From positions 1-64,000 of the forward strand of contig NIVC01002476.1 of the NCBI GenBank assembly GCA_002269645.1: DNA of 64,000 bases, given 5' to 3'. This document shows positions 33,213-55,014 of the stretch, one piece after another. A model generated the notes under the pieces. The model worked only from the letters and a program-made list of their open reading frames with translations. It did no database searches and was not told where the DNA came from. This DNA comes from Macrostomum lignano (lineage: Eukaryota). Numbering within the stretch: position 1 is the stretch's first letter; every line of letters starts with the position of its first letter. Both the position numbers and the translations under genes were made by a program.

Positions 33213-36200
33213 TCGATCGGTTTGACAACATTCTGAATAAGTACATCATGCATAGATGCATACGCGTTATCAGCTACAGCTAGCTCATTAACATATTATG
33301 CTGAACTATTGCTGATTACAACAATTTAAGAAACGATTTCATTTACAGTCCCCGTGTATATAGTCTATATTTCAAAGACCCTTTACATGTACATGTACAG
33401 TGTGCACCATTATATGCGTATGCTTAGAAAGAAAGAAAAAAGTTTAGAATGACCTCATCTTCATGTATTACTTTTTGGCTATAGCTATTGCTCATTGATG
33501 TTACAAAAATACAAGTGCGCGTTGAAGTACGTTTAAAAGGCATTAATTGAGTTTTACACAATCCGAAGTAATTAAATATACATTTACGCTCGTTCACAAT
33601 GTAATATACAGCGCTTGTTCACTGGAACACAAAAATATTTATGCATATTATAATGGTGTAAAAGTTATTTTCGGCTACATCGATCAGTAACGCAAAATTT
33701 TAAAAGTAACCAATTTCTACATACGAGAAATTGTATGTAGCCTTTATACTATACACGCTTCTACATTACGTAGATGTTTAGGAGTATGCGCGGGAATGGT
33801 AAGAATTGCATTGCATCGTTGTGGGAGTGGGACCATATGTGGCCGAGCTAGCTACAATAGGCCTTTCACCAGCAAGGTGCGTGACTCGATGGGCAAAAAT
33901 TGTTGCATTTATTATTTTATTCTTACGTTTTGTTAAACTGTTAATTACGTGTGCAACAGATCGAGAACGCTGATAAATAGGCAGCTTTAACATATATATT
34001 GCTTCTCTTTAAAGCCGTATATTTTAAACCTTCATGAACCATACTGTACATGTAAACTATAACAGCTCTCATGTACATTATACATACGTATGTACATTAT
34101 ACATACGTACAAAACCTATACATAAGTCAAATGTATTTCATTTAACTTTTCGGTCACCTATAAATTTTTAAGCCACTTTTAATTTGATTGTGCATGAATT
34201 CACTTCACTTGAATCGAAAGGCGCGTAAATTAGAGTGATCGCTACGGCGATTCTTCGGAATGCTAGAACCACTAGTATGATAAAATAGACTTTATGTATT
34301 GTCTATATTTTCTGCAATATAGTGATCGTTTTTTAGAATATTTTTTATGCTTTAAAATTTATTTAGATAGTCAATAATATAGCTGTTGCTTCTTTACGCA
34401 AGCGCGTTACTTTTAATGTGCCCCTTTCTTTGAAAATCGCGCTAATTAAAAAACCGCAAGGAAATTGGGCGGCCACTCTTCTAGTGTAGTTTTTAGACTC
34501 AAGGATGTGCTCGAATTTACATTTATTGTATAAATTTTTGTTATAAAAAATAAAAACTCCCAAAGACTTTAAATTGCTTGAATTTTCTCATTGATAACTT
34601 TCATATTAATAACTTTCTTTATTCTAAACTATAGTCTAAACAAAAAGTAGGCCTAGTATAGTATACTAAAAATTGTTTGCTTCTATAAATGTTAATTTTC
34701 TAAATTAAATTATAACTAGCATAAATTTCCTCCCTTCATCCTATGTACAAATAATATTATAATTAATATATTTTAGAGAAATGTCAATGAATAATTTGGG
34801 TCTCCAACAAGGTTATTATAAGCTGAAAATAATATAATAATAGTTAAGTCTAGGGCCTAATACAAAAAATTGAATTTTTCTTAATAGGTAATTTCTTTAG
34901 GCCCTTAACCCTAGTCAACATCTAAGCAAAAAGTATATAAATATATATTACCATATTATAGATAGGGACTTCAGTGAGTTATAAGAAGTGCGTGCCAATG
35001 GCAAAAAAGTAAGAAAAAAGTCCAATTTTTCAAGGGCGATTTTAAAGAAACTATAGAAGCCAGGATGAAAGTAAAATATGCATTTAAAAGGTAAAAAGGA
35101 GCTCTTTCAAATGACACCAACTGCAAGTCTAGCTTTGTTATACTTTTTGCACTGTCTATTTTTAAAGTTGACCATTTTTTAGGAGGAATATAAAATTGAA
35201 GCCAAAATGAATAAAAAAACAGTGGTTCAGAAAATGCTTTTTCTTAGCTGCAATGTGTTTCTTATAATGGAAACAAAGGTTTTATAGTGTAAAGGGATAA
35301 TTTAGAAACATTTTTCTGGTGTTAAAAAAAAATTTTTTTTTCTTTTAATGCCCATATGGCTCTATGCAAAATTTCAAATCCAAAATTTTCCATGAAATCC
35401 TTTTCCTGCATTGTTTCTCTTTATATTTTTCATTACCTATTGACAATACAAGCACAGTAAAAAAAACCGCTTGCCAATAGCTATAGGCGCAAAAATTTTG
35501 TGGAGGTTTCTTTTTTTGATACGTTTACATGTAAAATACCCATTGAAACATGTATTTCGTGTTTTTTGTGAGACTCTGCCTTCCGGCAAACTAGTTCTCT
35601 GTGTCATTTAACTAATTCTGCTATGCTGAACACGATAGACAAAACCGTTTTTTAATAAACCCATGCGCAAAGCCTGTACAGCACATTACATTGCAGTTGG
35701 GGTGTCTGTCATGCATTAAAAATTTAGGGCAAGAAGTAGAATAGTATTATAGTAGGTAAAAACCTGAACAAAATGACACTAGCCTTGTATAAATTAAGCA
35801 AGCAGAACAGATGCTATTGTATTTTTAAAATTGCAATCATTGCGTATCTGGTTAAAATAGTCAAAATTTCATACACCCATCCTGTTTCAATTAGCTTAGC
35901 AACTTGGGCATATAAAATAATATTAAAATATATAATTCATACAATTAACACTAAAAAACTGAACAAAATGACACCAAGCACAGTCATTTTGGTTGGCTAG
36001 AAAATTAATTACAAGTGTTCAAAGACAAAAAGCCAACTTTTTGGCCAAAAATGATCACAAACCGTAATGTAAAAATTCCATTGGCTAAAGGCACAAATCG
36101 GGGTTACTAAAATAGCTGTAGTTTCCTTATTACTCAACCAAATCACTAAAGTTTGGCCATTTTGGAAATGGGAAAGTAAGATCTATCTAGTGAAATAGCA

Positions 36201-36620
36201 GCCTATAACAATTTCTGAAATTTAATTTTCTCACTGAAGTGCCTATTATAGAGTAAATAATTGCTTTTCAGTTTTTGATTGAAATAATGGCCATTTCAAG
36301 CTAAAATTCTACTTTGGTTGCATTGTATATTTTTCACTTTTTTAAACTTAAATTTAAATTTTAATAAATATTTTGAACTATAAAAAAACCTGGTGCAAAT
36401 TAATTGCACCTTAATTGCCTTAATTGCCTTAATTGCATTAATTGCAATGCCTTAATTGCAAATTAAGGTAGAAAATAAGACAAACACTTAATTGCCTTTG
36501 TAAGATTATATTTCATCTTTTTACAGAGTAACAATACTTAATCACTACTGAGAGTACTACTATTGAACTTTTTCTCATTAATAAATGTTAGAGTTTGCTA
36601 GTGTTTTATTGTATACTTTA

Positions 36621-37350
36621 TCTATACCTATAAAAATCAAAACTCTGTCTGTCTGTGTGTGTGTCTGTGTGTGGACAATTTTGATCGCTATGGACTCCTA
36701 AACTGCTCAACCAAATGACACCAAACTTTACACCCACCCTAAACTTACTACGGAGAATGTCTTAGGCTACCTTTTAATTTCCTAGACTCAAGTCTTCCTA
36801 CCTAAAAGTACTAAAAACTGCTCAAAATGCGTGATTTTTTCACTAAATCCTCCATAGCGCCGCTCCACTTCTACTGATTTTCTTCAAATTTGACACAAGC
36901 AATTTTCAACTATTTTGACACAATTGTGTAAAATTTCAAATCTCAAAGTTAATCCTGAAAGCCGCTGTGCACTTTTAAAGTTAAAGTTTAAAGTTTGGTT
37001 GTTTTTTTCAATGAGGCAGTCACCCCAACCTCCACCCTCTTGCCTCTCTTTCCCGATACGGATCTGGGCCCAGATGTGTAAAAGGGTTTCAAAATTGACT
37101 AACTTTCAGCTGCCATAAGTTTGCTCCACGTAAAGCGATTGACTTCAAACTTGACACAATTCTTCATTGACTCATTCTCTATCTAACTGTAAAGCTTCAA
37201 CTCTGTAACTCAACCGAAAAAGAAACTGTAAGCATGTGAAGTTTGTCTGCTTTTTCTGTTGTTTGTGCCACTCACTCACTCATTCCCCCAGAGCCAGACG
37301 AAGGGTCAGGCGATAGGACTGAATGTACATAGCAAATGTACAACTGTGTT
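36621..37350 (+). mobile_element. Possible non-autonomous Helitron/Helentron-associated element (5' end recognisable)
   Basis: A^TCTATACCTATAAAAA start, then a (TGTC/TG)n microsatellite, then CGCTATGGACTCCTAAACTGCTCAACCAAATGACACCAAACTTT. From memory this layout resembles invertebrate non-autonomous rolling-circle elements. The 3' CTRR/hairpin was not identified and the right boundary is a guess. Confidence 0.4.
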
Positions 37351-37879
37351 TTGGAATAACTTTATTTATAGCCTTCTTTGCACCCCAAGAGTGGAGAGGC
37401 TACGTTTAGCCATAACAGTTTAGTGAGAAATTCTAACCACTGCCCTCCCCTCTGTATTGGCAAACTCTGCACCAGTTTAACAGTGGATGGCAATTGGCAA
37501 ATCAAGGGAATCCAGCATGGTTTGTAAAAGCAAAAGATTTATGAAAAGGCGATGCGATGCAATGCAATACAACCCTACTAAATTAGGCACACCATGGAAA
37601 TTTTAGGTTTCTTTTAAAGGTACTGTGTAAATATTAAATGGCCTCCTAAGAAATGCGTATTTCCTTGGTTGTTAGACTGATGCAGACTGCAGTGGAGCTG
37701 AAGATATACAAATTCCTTTCAGGGCTGCAAATTGGCAAGAAAGATGAAGTGCTCAAAGCATGAAAACAACCATGAGAGTACTACATCCTACAAACTGGCT
37801 TTCCAAGCAGGGATGGGCAGACTTTTACCTCAAAGGCCAGATAAAGAATCCAGCTCATAGCTGAGGGGTAGATGAGAGT

Positions 37880-38576
37880 GGAAAGAAGAAGGAATAGACG
37901 ATTCGAAGAGAGGAGAGGCGACAAAGGGGATAAAAGAAAAGATAAAAGATAATAGGAGAGATGAGGGGGTGATCGGACGATGAGAGAGAGGGGGAGAAGA
38001 GGGGAGAGAGGAAAAGCAAGATGAGAGAGCAGAGAGCTGCAGATGAGAGGAGAGAGGAGACAGCAGAGAGGAGAGCAGAGAGGAAACAGGTGAAAGAAGA
38101 GATGAGAGAGTAAAGGGAAGAGAGAAGAGATAAAGATACATCTCTACATCTCTAAGGTTGTAGAGATGAGAGAGGTGGAAGGAGAGATGAGAAATGAGAG
38201 ATGAGAGATAACGGAGAGAGGAGAGTGGAGTGAGAGAAGAGAGGGAGACAGAGTATAGACAAGGGAAGGGAAGAGAAAAGAAGAAAGGAGAAAGGAAAGT
38301 GAGGAGTCATAAGAGGGGAAAGAAAAGAGTACAGAGGAGAGAGGTGAGAGAACATATCAGACAGAGATGCCAGATTAAAGAGGGGGATGAGAGAGCAGAG
38401 ACGAGAGTGAACAGATAAAAGATGGGAGAGTAGAGAGAACAGAGGAGAGGTTACAGAGACGAGAGGAGAGAGGAGAGACAAAGGTAGAGAATTGAGTGAG
38501 GAGAGAGGAGAGGAAAGAGGAGAATTGAGAGGGGAGAGAGTAGAGAGAGGAGAAGAGATAAGAGAGAAAGACAGAG

Positions 38577-38658
<82 letters not shown>

Positions 38659-39000
38659 ATGAGAAGAGATAAGAGAGAAAAGATAAAAGAAGAGAAAGGA
38701 AAGATAAGAGAGCAAAGACGAGAGAGAAAAGAGGTGAAAAAAGAGATGAGAGAAAAGAGGAGAGAGTTAAGAGAAGAGAGAAAAGAATAGAAAGGAGAAG
38801 GAAGATAAGAGAGAAGAGGGGTAAGAGGAGAGAGGAGAGAGGGGAGAGAGGAGAAAGGAGAGGAGAGAGAAAAGAGAGAAGAGATGAGATAAGAGAGATG
38901 AAAGAGAAGACAGATGAGGGAAGATACGAGAGAAGAGGGGAGAGAGGAGAGACGAGGGATGAGAGAGATGAGAGGAAACAAAGAGACGATAGAAATTTTA
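37880..39000. repeat. Purine-rich (GA) low-complexity tract with a pure (GA)n core at ~38583-38650
   Basis: Almost exclusively A/G on the + strand. Confidence 0.95.
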
Positions 39001-40183
39001 AAGGATCCAAGGGACGTAGGGAGAGTCAGGGAGAGACTTCAGATTTCAGAATACATGCAAAAGTAGTTCCGGGTATTAGAATTCCCTGGGTTCAAAATCC
39101 GCGGGTTTCAACAGCTTGTTAGATATAAATTATAAGTTTAAGTCTATAATACAGTTAATCAAAGTATCTTTGTTTTATTATACCTGTTTCTAATATTTTT
39201 AATTTTTTTAAATTAATAACTATGGCAACAAGAATCTATAAAATATGACAGCAACTACCATATTTCTGTAGTTGTAGCCATAAGAGCAGCTATCTACTAT
39301 ATAGGCATATCCATAGTTGCCATAGGCACCACTTATTTTACCATATTTATGCTTAACACTTCTATGTCCTAGGCTCACAATAGCTAAATGTACACAATTA
39401 GTTTAGCATATTTATGTTGCTCATATGTACATTCCCCAATTATTGATTGCACCACTTTTACTCTTTACTAATTTCCCTTTCCCATATTTTACTCACTTGT
39501 ATATTGTATGCTTTTACTCAATTCATAAATATATCAAACCAGAGCATCTTGCTCAAATGCATTTCCATTTTTCATTGTTTCTATAGTGCATCATAGTTCG
39601 TCTTTCATCTCTAGTTACTCAAACAACTATAATTTAAAAAAAATACATAGATACGCATTAAAAAATATTGAAAAAATTGCTAATGGGTAAAGGGGTTATT
39701 TTCCAAGGTATAGGGGCCATATGAAAAGAACATGGATAGATCAAGATGAGGTCTAAGTGATAGAAATTTCCTGCATTATTACATAATATATCTCAAAAAA
39801 TGTCCCATGTTAAGTAGGCCTACTACCTGCTAATGGACACTTTGTAGCCACACTAAGTGCAACATGCCAAGCACCAGTCTATCAGTATAGCTATGGGATC
39901 TTATTTCATATACAAATTATTTTTTGAAAAATATAGGCTACCATGGGTCCAAGAAATAAGTACTATTTTTTTTAAATTAACATACAAACAAATTTTTGTG
40001 GGCCTTATCAAATAAAAGATAAGTTTTTCCACTTTTAGATCACTAAATTTTAGACACCACTCATCCTTTTTATTTATTTTAGCACTTGAACTAAATAAAG
40101 AAAATTTGATTATTAATAAACAATTATGGTTTATGTATAAATTTTATACTTTATTGTGGCCCATTGCTGTCATTAAGTTCTGG

Positions 40184-47994
<7,811 letters not shown>

Positions 47995-48181
47995 TTATAT
48001 AATAATATCAATAAAATTCATATTTATTCCCGCTGTGTAAGTCCAACAATTACCATGACTCCCGTGTGTGAATCTTCACTAATGCATAAAACCAGGTGAG
48101 CTCTGATTTATAGCTCGAATTTTGTTATAACAATTGTAATTTTTGAACTGTCGGTGTTAATTCAATTTGTCCGTTGAAGAC

Positions 48182-48195
48182 GTTACCTTGGCAAC
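48182..48195. promoter_or_regulatory. RFX X-box-like palindrome
   Basis: GTTACCTTGGCAAC has 1 mismatch to GTTRCCATGGYAAC and lies ~190 bp after the PLEKHD1-like stop. No functional evidence. Confidence 0.4.
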
Positions 48196-48825
48196 AAACT
48201 CACTAGTGATCCTAACAACTCTGGGCTCTGGGGCGACTATTGTGACTTTTTAACAACTCAAACGACTGTTCAGTTGTGTTAGCGCTTAACTTCTCTACTA
48301 ACTCAAGTAGGTAGACCTGGGTATTGTTTTCATATCGGGTTGAATTATTTTCTTTGTTAATAAATCGTATTCTAACAACTATCTTGGCTGTGCTATATAA
48401 TCACTATTTTCATTAGGTGCACATTTATTTAATTGTTTTATTATACAAGTTCTGAAAAATTATTGTCCCCACCCCTAGCCTGGCAGGTTAGAGCATTTTT
48501 ATTTTCAAACATTTCCCATCGTATTGCACTGTTTTAGTATAGTGGATTTTTTGTGTAGTGTTTCTACCAGCTATTCTATATTACTAATAGTAGTTCAACA
48601 TTGATTTCTTTCTCGTTTTTTTCCAATTAACTTAAACTATCAAGTAGTTTTAGTGCCTCAATTTTTATTTTTATGCTATTGAGGCGTTAAATTTTGCACT
48701 TTAAAGTCGATCATCTGGGCGTAATAATTTTTCAGTCATTAGCGGTTTCCGTCATTGGTCATTAATAGTCTTTAAGTTTAAATACTTTGTTAAAGACAGA
48801 TAGAATCACAGAAAGTTTTGTTTAT

Positions 48826-49530
48826 TGACAGTTGAGATCATAGACAGTTGAGGTCAGAGACAGTTGAAGTAATATACAGTAGAGGTCATAGACAGTTGAG
48901 GTCATAGACAGTTGAGGTCATAGACAGTTGAGGTCAGAGACAGTTGAGGTAATATATAGTTGAGGTCATAGACAGTTGAGGTCAGAGACAGTTGAGGTAA
49001 TATATAGTTGAGGTCATAGACAGTTGAGGTCATAGACAGTTGAGGTAATATACAGTTGAGGTAATATACAGTTGAGGTCATAGACAGTTGAGGTAATATA
49101 CAGTTGAGGTCAAAGATAGTTGAGGTAATATACAATTGTGGTAATAGACAGTTGACGTCATAGACAGTTAAGGTAATATACAGTTAAGGTCATAGACAGT
49201 TGAGGTCATAGACAGTTGATGTAATATACAGTTAAGGTCATAGACAGTTGACGTCATAGACAGTTGACGTCATAGACAGTTAAGGTAATATACAGTTAAG
49301 GTCATAGACAGTTGAGGTCATAGACAGTTGATGTAATATACAGTTAAGGTCATAGACAGTTGACGTCATAGACAGTTGAGGTAATATACAGTTAAGGTCA
49401 TAGACAGTTGACGTCATAGACAGTTGAGGTAATATACAGTTAAGGTCATAGACAGTTAAGGTCATAGACAGTTGAGGTCATAGACAGTTGAGGTATTATA
49501 CAGTTAAGGTCATACAGTTAAGGTCATGTT
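48826..49530. repeat. 15/16-bp compound minisatellite
   Basis: AGACAGTTGAGGTCAT alternating with ATATACAGTTGAGGTA. Confidence 0.95.
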
Positions 49531-50156
49531 TCGGATCAATATATGCGTCATGGACAGTTCAGATCTTAAAAGCCTGGTATCATAGACACTGATGCATAGA
49601 CACTGATAAAGAAATTTCCAGAGCTTCAGTAATTTCTGCGAGCAAAAAATATATATACACAATATAATATAAAAGCTATATATTTTTTATTTTACGAATG
49701 GCTTTTTAAAGTTGATCAAATATCTATCTTTAAAGCACTTTTGTAGCTATGTACAGTATTTATTCTGTAATGCTACAGTCGTGTATTTTTTACACAATCA
49801 ATTTTGTCTATCGTACTGATCATATGCCAAAGTTATTGTAATTTATATGTAGAACTAATAACTTTATCAAATTATCGGGGGCCAACATGTTAAAATTGTT
49901 TGTTAATTCAAATGTGCACATTTTTATTGTTTATGTTTACTACTATTCCATTGTGCTATTTGTTTGTGTGTTTTTTGGCAGTTAAAACCTGTTTTTGACA
50001 GAATAAATGCCGCTTATAGACAGGATATCAAGGAGGTGTTGTTGCCCGCTGGGTTTATAAATGCTTCTCGGAAGAGAAGGTTAGGAAATTTTATATATTG
50101 CCTTTGAGACTTGCATTTGTATTGATTTTTTTATCAGTTCACTCCTTTGCTACTCC

Positions 50157-50722
50157 AGCCTCCCAGAGTGTCAGTTGCTGGGCCAGCCTCCCAAGAGTGT
50201 CAGTTGCTGGGCCAGCCTCCCAGAGTGTCAGTTGCTGGGCCAGCCTCCCAGAGTGCCAGTTGCTGGGCCAGCCTCCCAGAGTGTCAGTTGCTGGGCCAGC
50301 CTCCCAGAGTGTCAGTTGCTGGGCCAGCCTTCCAGAGTGTCAGTTGCTGGGCCAGCCTTCCAGAGTGTCAGTTGCTGGGCCAGCCTCCCAGAGTGTCAGT
50401 TGCTGGGCCAGCCTCCCAGAGTGTCAGTTGCTGGGCCACCAGCCTCCCAAGAGTGTCAGTTGGTAGGCCTCCAGTCTCCCAGAGTGTCAGTTGCTGGGCC
50501 ACCAGCCTCCCAGAGTGTCAGTTGCTAAGCCAGCCTCCCAGAGTGTCAGTTGCTGGGCCAGCCTCCCCGAGTGTCAGTTGCTGGGCCACCAACCTCCCAA
50601 GAGTGTCAGTTGGTAGGCCTCCAGTCTCCCAGAGTATGTGTCAGTTGCTGGGCCACCAGCCTCCCAGAATGTCAGTTGCTGGGCCAGCCTCCCAAAAGTG
50701 TCATTTGCTGGGCCAGCCTCAC
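50157..50722. repeat. 28-bp minisatellite (~19 copies)
   Basis: CAGAGTGTCAGTTGCTGGGCCAGCCTCC with longer variants toward the 3' end. Confidence 0.95.
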
Positions 50723-51339
50723 AGATCCTCACTTTCTGAGCCACCAGAAGCCACCGCCAACCGCTCAGATGCTTCAGTTCATTTTACATGCTGCTCGTAG
50801 CAGTTTCACAAGAGCTGACTGTAAGCTAAAGTGAAATAGGGACGGCTTTTGCCTTGATTAGCTAACTGTGTGTAAGAAGCGTGCTGCATTCAATCTGAGT
50901 CTTGTTTTACTTAACTGCAAGATTTATGCGCATAATTTAGCATAAATTTTTATGAAAATCGTTTGACCACTTAGCAGAAATTGGTCCGAATTATTCAAGA
51001 ATTTTATATTGTACTTTTTAGATTGGCTTTTCTTGGGTTCCGCTAAGGTAACTGGCAGCCTATACGAGCGTATGTGCTTGCTATTATTTTAATGTCAATA
51101 ATATTAATATTAGGTTCTTAGTTTCACTATCCAAAATCTAGTTCTGCTCCCCGGGGTAAAAAAAATCTGATCCTAGATAAACTTGTTAGGGGTGAAGTTG
51201 TTCAACGATGCCATGTGTAGCGCTCAAAATTATATTTAGCTCGCGCATGTTAATATGCTGCGTGATGTTGGAGAGCATTCTGGTATTTGAGCATTCGAAA
51301 CATTTAGGATATGTCTGTAGGCTACCATGCATGGCTGGA

Positions 51340-52250
51340 AGGGATTCGGGTCGGGAGAGGGGAGGAAATGGGAGTGGAAAAGATGAAAGGGGGAGAGATG
51401 GAAGAGAAGAAGAAAGAGATGAGAGGAGGGAAGAGAGAGAAATGGGAGGAGGGAAGAGAGATGGGAGGAGGGAGGAGAGATGGGAGGAGGGAAGAAAGAT
51501 GGGAGGAGGGAAGAAAGATGGGAGGAGGGAAGAGAGATGGGAGGAGGGAAGAAAGAGAGATGGGAGGAGGTGAGAGAGATGGGAGGAGGGAAGAGAGATG
51601 GGAGGAGGTGAGGGAAATGGGAGGAGGGAAGAGACATGGGAGGAGAAAGAGAGATGGGAGGAGGGAAGAGAGATGGGAGGAGGGAAGAGAGATGGGAGGA
51701 GGTGAGAGAGATGGGAGGAGGGAAGAGAGATGGGAGGAGGTGAGAGGGATGGGAGGAGGGAAGAGAGATGGGAGGAGGTGAGAGGGATGGGAGGAGGTGA
51801 GAGGGATGGGAGGAGGTGAGAGGGATGGGAGGGGGTGAGAGGGATGGGAGGAGGTGAGAGAGATGGGAGGAGGGAAGAGAGATGGGAGGAGGTGAGAGGG
51901 ATGGGAGGAGGGAAGAGAGATGGGAGGAGGTGAGAGGGATGGGAGGAGGTGAGAGGGATGGGAGGAGGTGAGAGGGATGGGAGGAGGGAAGAGAGATGGG
52001 AGGGGGTGAGAGGGATGGGAGGAGGGAAGAGAGATAGGAGGAGGTGAGAGAGATGGGTTGAGGGAAGAGAGATGGGAGGAGGTGAGAGGGATGGGAGGAG
52101 GGAAGAGAGATGGGAGGAGGTGAGAGGGATGGGAGGAGGTGAGAGGGATGGGAGGAGGGAAGAGAGATGGGAGGGGGTGAGAGGGATGGGAGGAGGGAAG
52201 AGGGATGGGAGGAGGGAATAGAGATGGGAGGAGCGGAGAGTGAGGCAGAG
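51340..52250. repeat. Purine-rich 19-bp/15-bp minisatellite
   Basis: GGGAGGAGGGAAGAGAGAT and GGGAGGAGGTGAGAGGGAT units. Confidence 0.95.
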
Positions 52251-52351
52251 ACGGGAAGTAGTGGGGTGCTGGTAGTGTACAGCGATCTCGTGTTTCGATC
52301 TCAGGGCAATAAAACACGTACATGAATATATGTTATAATATATTGTACTGA

Positions 52352-54966
52352 TGTAACCACGCTCTGGTCGCGGGATAGGGCATGGGAACTTTTTCGAAAG
52401 TGCCTCCTATCCCGTGCACCCTCTGCACAGAGCTGTCGAGACTCGGCCAGGTCTCCGACCAGGCCTGGAGACTCCCGTTCTGCTGCACCCCTCCTGCTGC
52501 CTTGGTTCCGTCTCCCCTGCCGCCACACCAGCCTTTCCGGAAGCTCCCTACCCCTCTCTGTACCTCCCCCTCTACCCTATCTCTTCTGTTTTTCGCCCTA
52601 TTCTTCCTGTACTTTCCCTATTCCCCCTCTTTTCGTCTCCCTCTGCACTCTTTTCCTGCGCTGTCCCCCCTTTCCCTGTGTCTACTTACAGTATTTTGTG
52701 TGCTCACCGTCTCCCCATCCCCTCTCAAACTCCCAAACGGTGACGCAAGTCGTGTGACCCCTTCTCCCCCTCGGTGACTCATCGATGACTCATCCCCCTC
52801 TCTTGCGCAACCTTTTCTCACGCTATTGTTCTCCTCCCCAAATTTCTCATGCGACACCCACCCCACCTCCGCTTCTATTGTTCTCGTTTTTGTTTCTTTT
52901 GTTCTCTCGACCCCCACCAATTATCACATTTTCTCCGATTTTCTCTTTCTTTTGTTCTCGTTTTCGCACCTAATTATCACCTTTTCCCCAATGTTTACTT
53001 TTCCATTGTTCTCAGTTCTCCCCAATTATCCCCGACTTCCAATTCCTTTGTTCTCGACCCCAGCCCTATTGTTCTCAATGTTTGCTTGCGCAACACTTTC
53101 GCGACCACCCGCTGCGCCAATTATCCCCCCACCCCACCTCCGGATTGCGCAATTTCCCGATTTCTCATGTTGCTATGCCGGTCTCATGCTTCTCATCATG
53201 ACTCATTCTGACGTCATTCTGCCGGCAGCCAATCAGAGAGAGGGAGCCATGGTAACAACCTTGAGGAGGCGGCAGTGAGGTCTATAAAAGGAAGCGATTT
53301 CGGCATGAGAATACTCAACTGAGTTTATCTCTGTTCCTCTCCTCGTCCTTCTTTGGACTTGCTGTCAGATTGAGTTCTGACCCATTCGTCTATAAGACGA
53401 ATCCCTGCCGGTCCGCGGTCTGTTACCGCCAAGTTATCCTTAGCTCCCCAAGTGAGCTCGCCTATCGGCCAGCGGTCTGAAACCGCCCAGCATCATCAGC
53501 ATCGCCTGATCTACATCAGCGCCTCGTTGCTTCAGCGCATCGCCGCTTCACCGTCTGCCTGACTGCAGCCTACAGCCGCCCTCGGTCACTCCGCCGCTCT
53601 CTCTCTCTGTGCAGCTGCCGGTAAGTTCCTGTTACTAATTTGTGCTCTAATTACCTTTGCTTATCCGGGGTTTGCCTATTTTCCATTGTCTGATTAGAGA
53701 GCTGAGCCAATTGTGATACCGTACTTTTTGCTGTATTTTACTCAATAGTGAAGCCGCCTAATTGCCTGATTATTTGCCTAAGGGCCTAATTATTAACTAT
53801 TAATTAATCCCATCATTATTCACTCTTTCACCATCATTTCACTCATGGCTTGCTAAGCCTTTCTCCCGGGGTGGCAAAGCATAAGGAAGTTTTGGTAAGC
53901 TAATGGCCTCTCCCCGTGCACAGCCCGCCTGTGAGTGCGTGCTGCGGGGCCGCGTGTGCGTGCAGTAGAGGGATTAGCGAGTCTTGGCACAGAATGGCAG
54001 TAGGAAGGTTGCAACCCCATGCTGACGCGTCCCTTCGCCCTGAGCAATCTAAACTATAGACAGTACATGTTCGTCTCATACTACTCTTAGTAATCGAAGT
54101 CGCAAGTTAGCCTCGCTCACAGCCACAAAGGATCCCCTGCTGAGAAATCCTCCAGGTTGAGCCCAGAGTTCCCGATCATGCCCCAAGCAGAGTCCCTGTA
54201 CTCGGCTGCATGCGTCTCCCCTGTTAGCCTAAATCTCCTGGTAACCATCCCAGGCGGGGCTCTAGCCTCGAGAGGTCTGGTAGAAAGATCCAGGTGCGCC
54301 AGGTCACATAGAGTGGTGGCAGCCACTCGGTCATACGATGACCGAGTGACCAACTATTGCACCTTGGCTACAGGTGGGGTCCATGTGGGTCCTTGGCCCT
54401 CTGGTCACAAAGCGCTACCAAAGCTATCAATCATGTGGGCGGGACAGTCTGGTGCTGGAGGTCCGTCAGGCCATTGCCCGGTCATAGGCAGCCTACGGTC
54501 ATTGCCCCCTCTAGTCATGCGTTCGTCTCTCTACGGAGCGGACAGGCGACAAGGGCGGTTACATCAGTACCTTTTTTCAGCTATAGCCCTCAGCCCCACT
54601 GCGGCAGGCCCAAAGAAATTGACCTGACGAGTTTCGCGCCTTGACCGTGCGGGCGGATTTTATGGCCCCATACAGTGCGTCTAAGATGGCTTTCGTGTAT
54701 AATAAATGCATTAGTCTGGACATGGGGATGGCATGCAGTATTACCTGCCTCCTTACTGTGACAGCTCATATTGATTTTTTCTAGGCTACATCCAGCTGCT
54801 TTAGAACTGCTCTGCGACTTTAAGACCCTCCCTGCTCACTACCTCCCATGTAGTGAGCGGAGATAATCAGTAGCGTAACTCCGCTACCATAGACAAAGAC
54901 ATCCGTGCCATACATGGCTAGCGGAGATAAGGCCTTATATTCGGGTCGCACATGCCGTGGATTACA
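52352..54966 (+). mobile_element. Probable solo LTR (~2.6 kb)
   Basis: Begins TGTAACCAC and ends GTGGATTACA (TG...CA with an imperfect terminal inverted repeat). Contains an internal Pol II promoter cluster and no long credible ORF. No matching TSD (CTGA vs TACA), no PBS or PPT in the flanks, and no second copy in the window. Confidence 0.5.
53199..53290 (+). promoter_or_regulatory. Compact Pol II promoter: AP-1, CRE, CCAAT, X-box-like, TATA
   Basis: TGACTCA 53199-205, TGACGTCA 53209-216, CCAAT 53229-33, GCCATGGTAAC 53246-56 and TATAAAAG 53283-90, in canonical order; a GTAAGT donor follows at 53621. Confidence 0.6.
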
Positions 54967-55014
54967 TACAAAGAATCGCCTGATACGAAGAGATATCAGG
55001 CGATTCTTGTTTAT

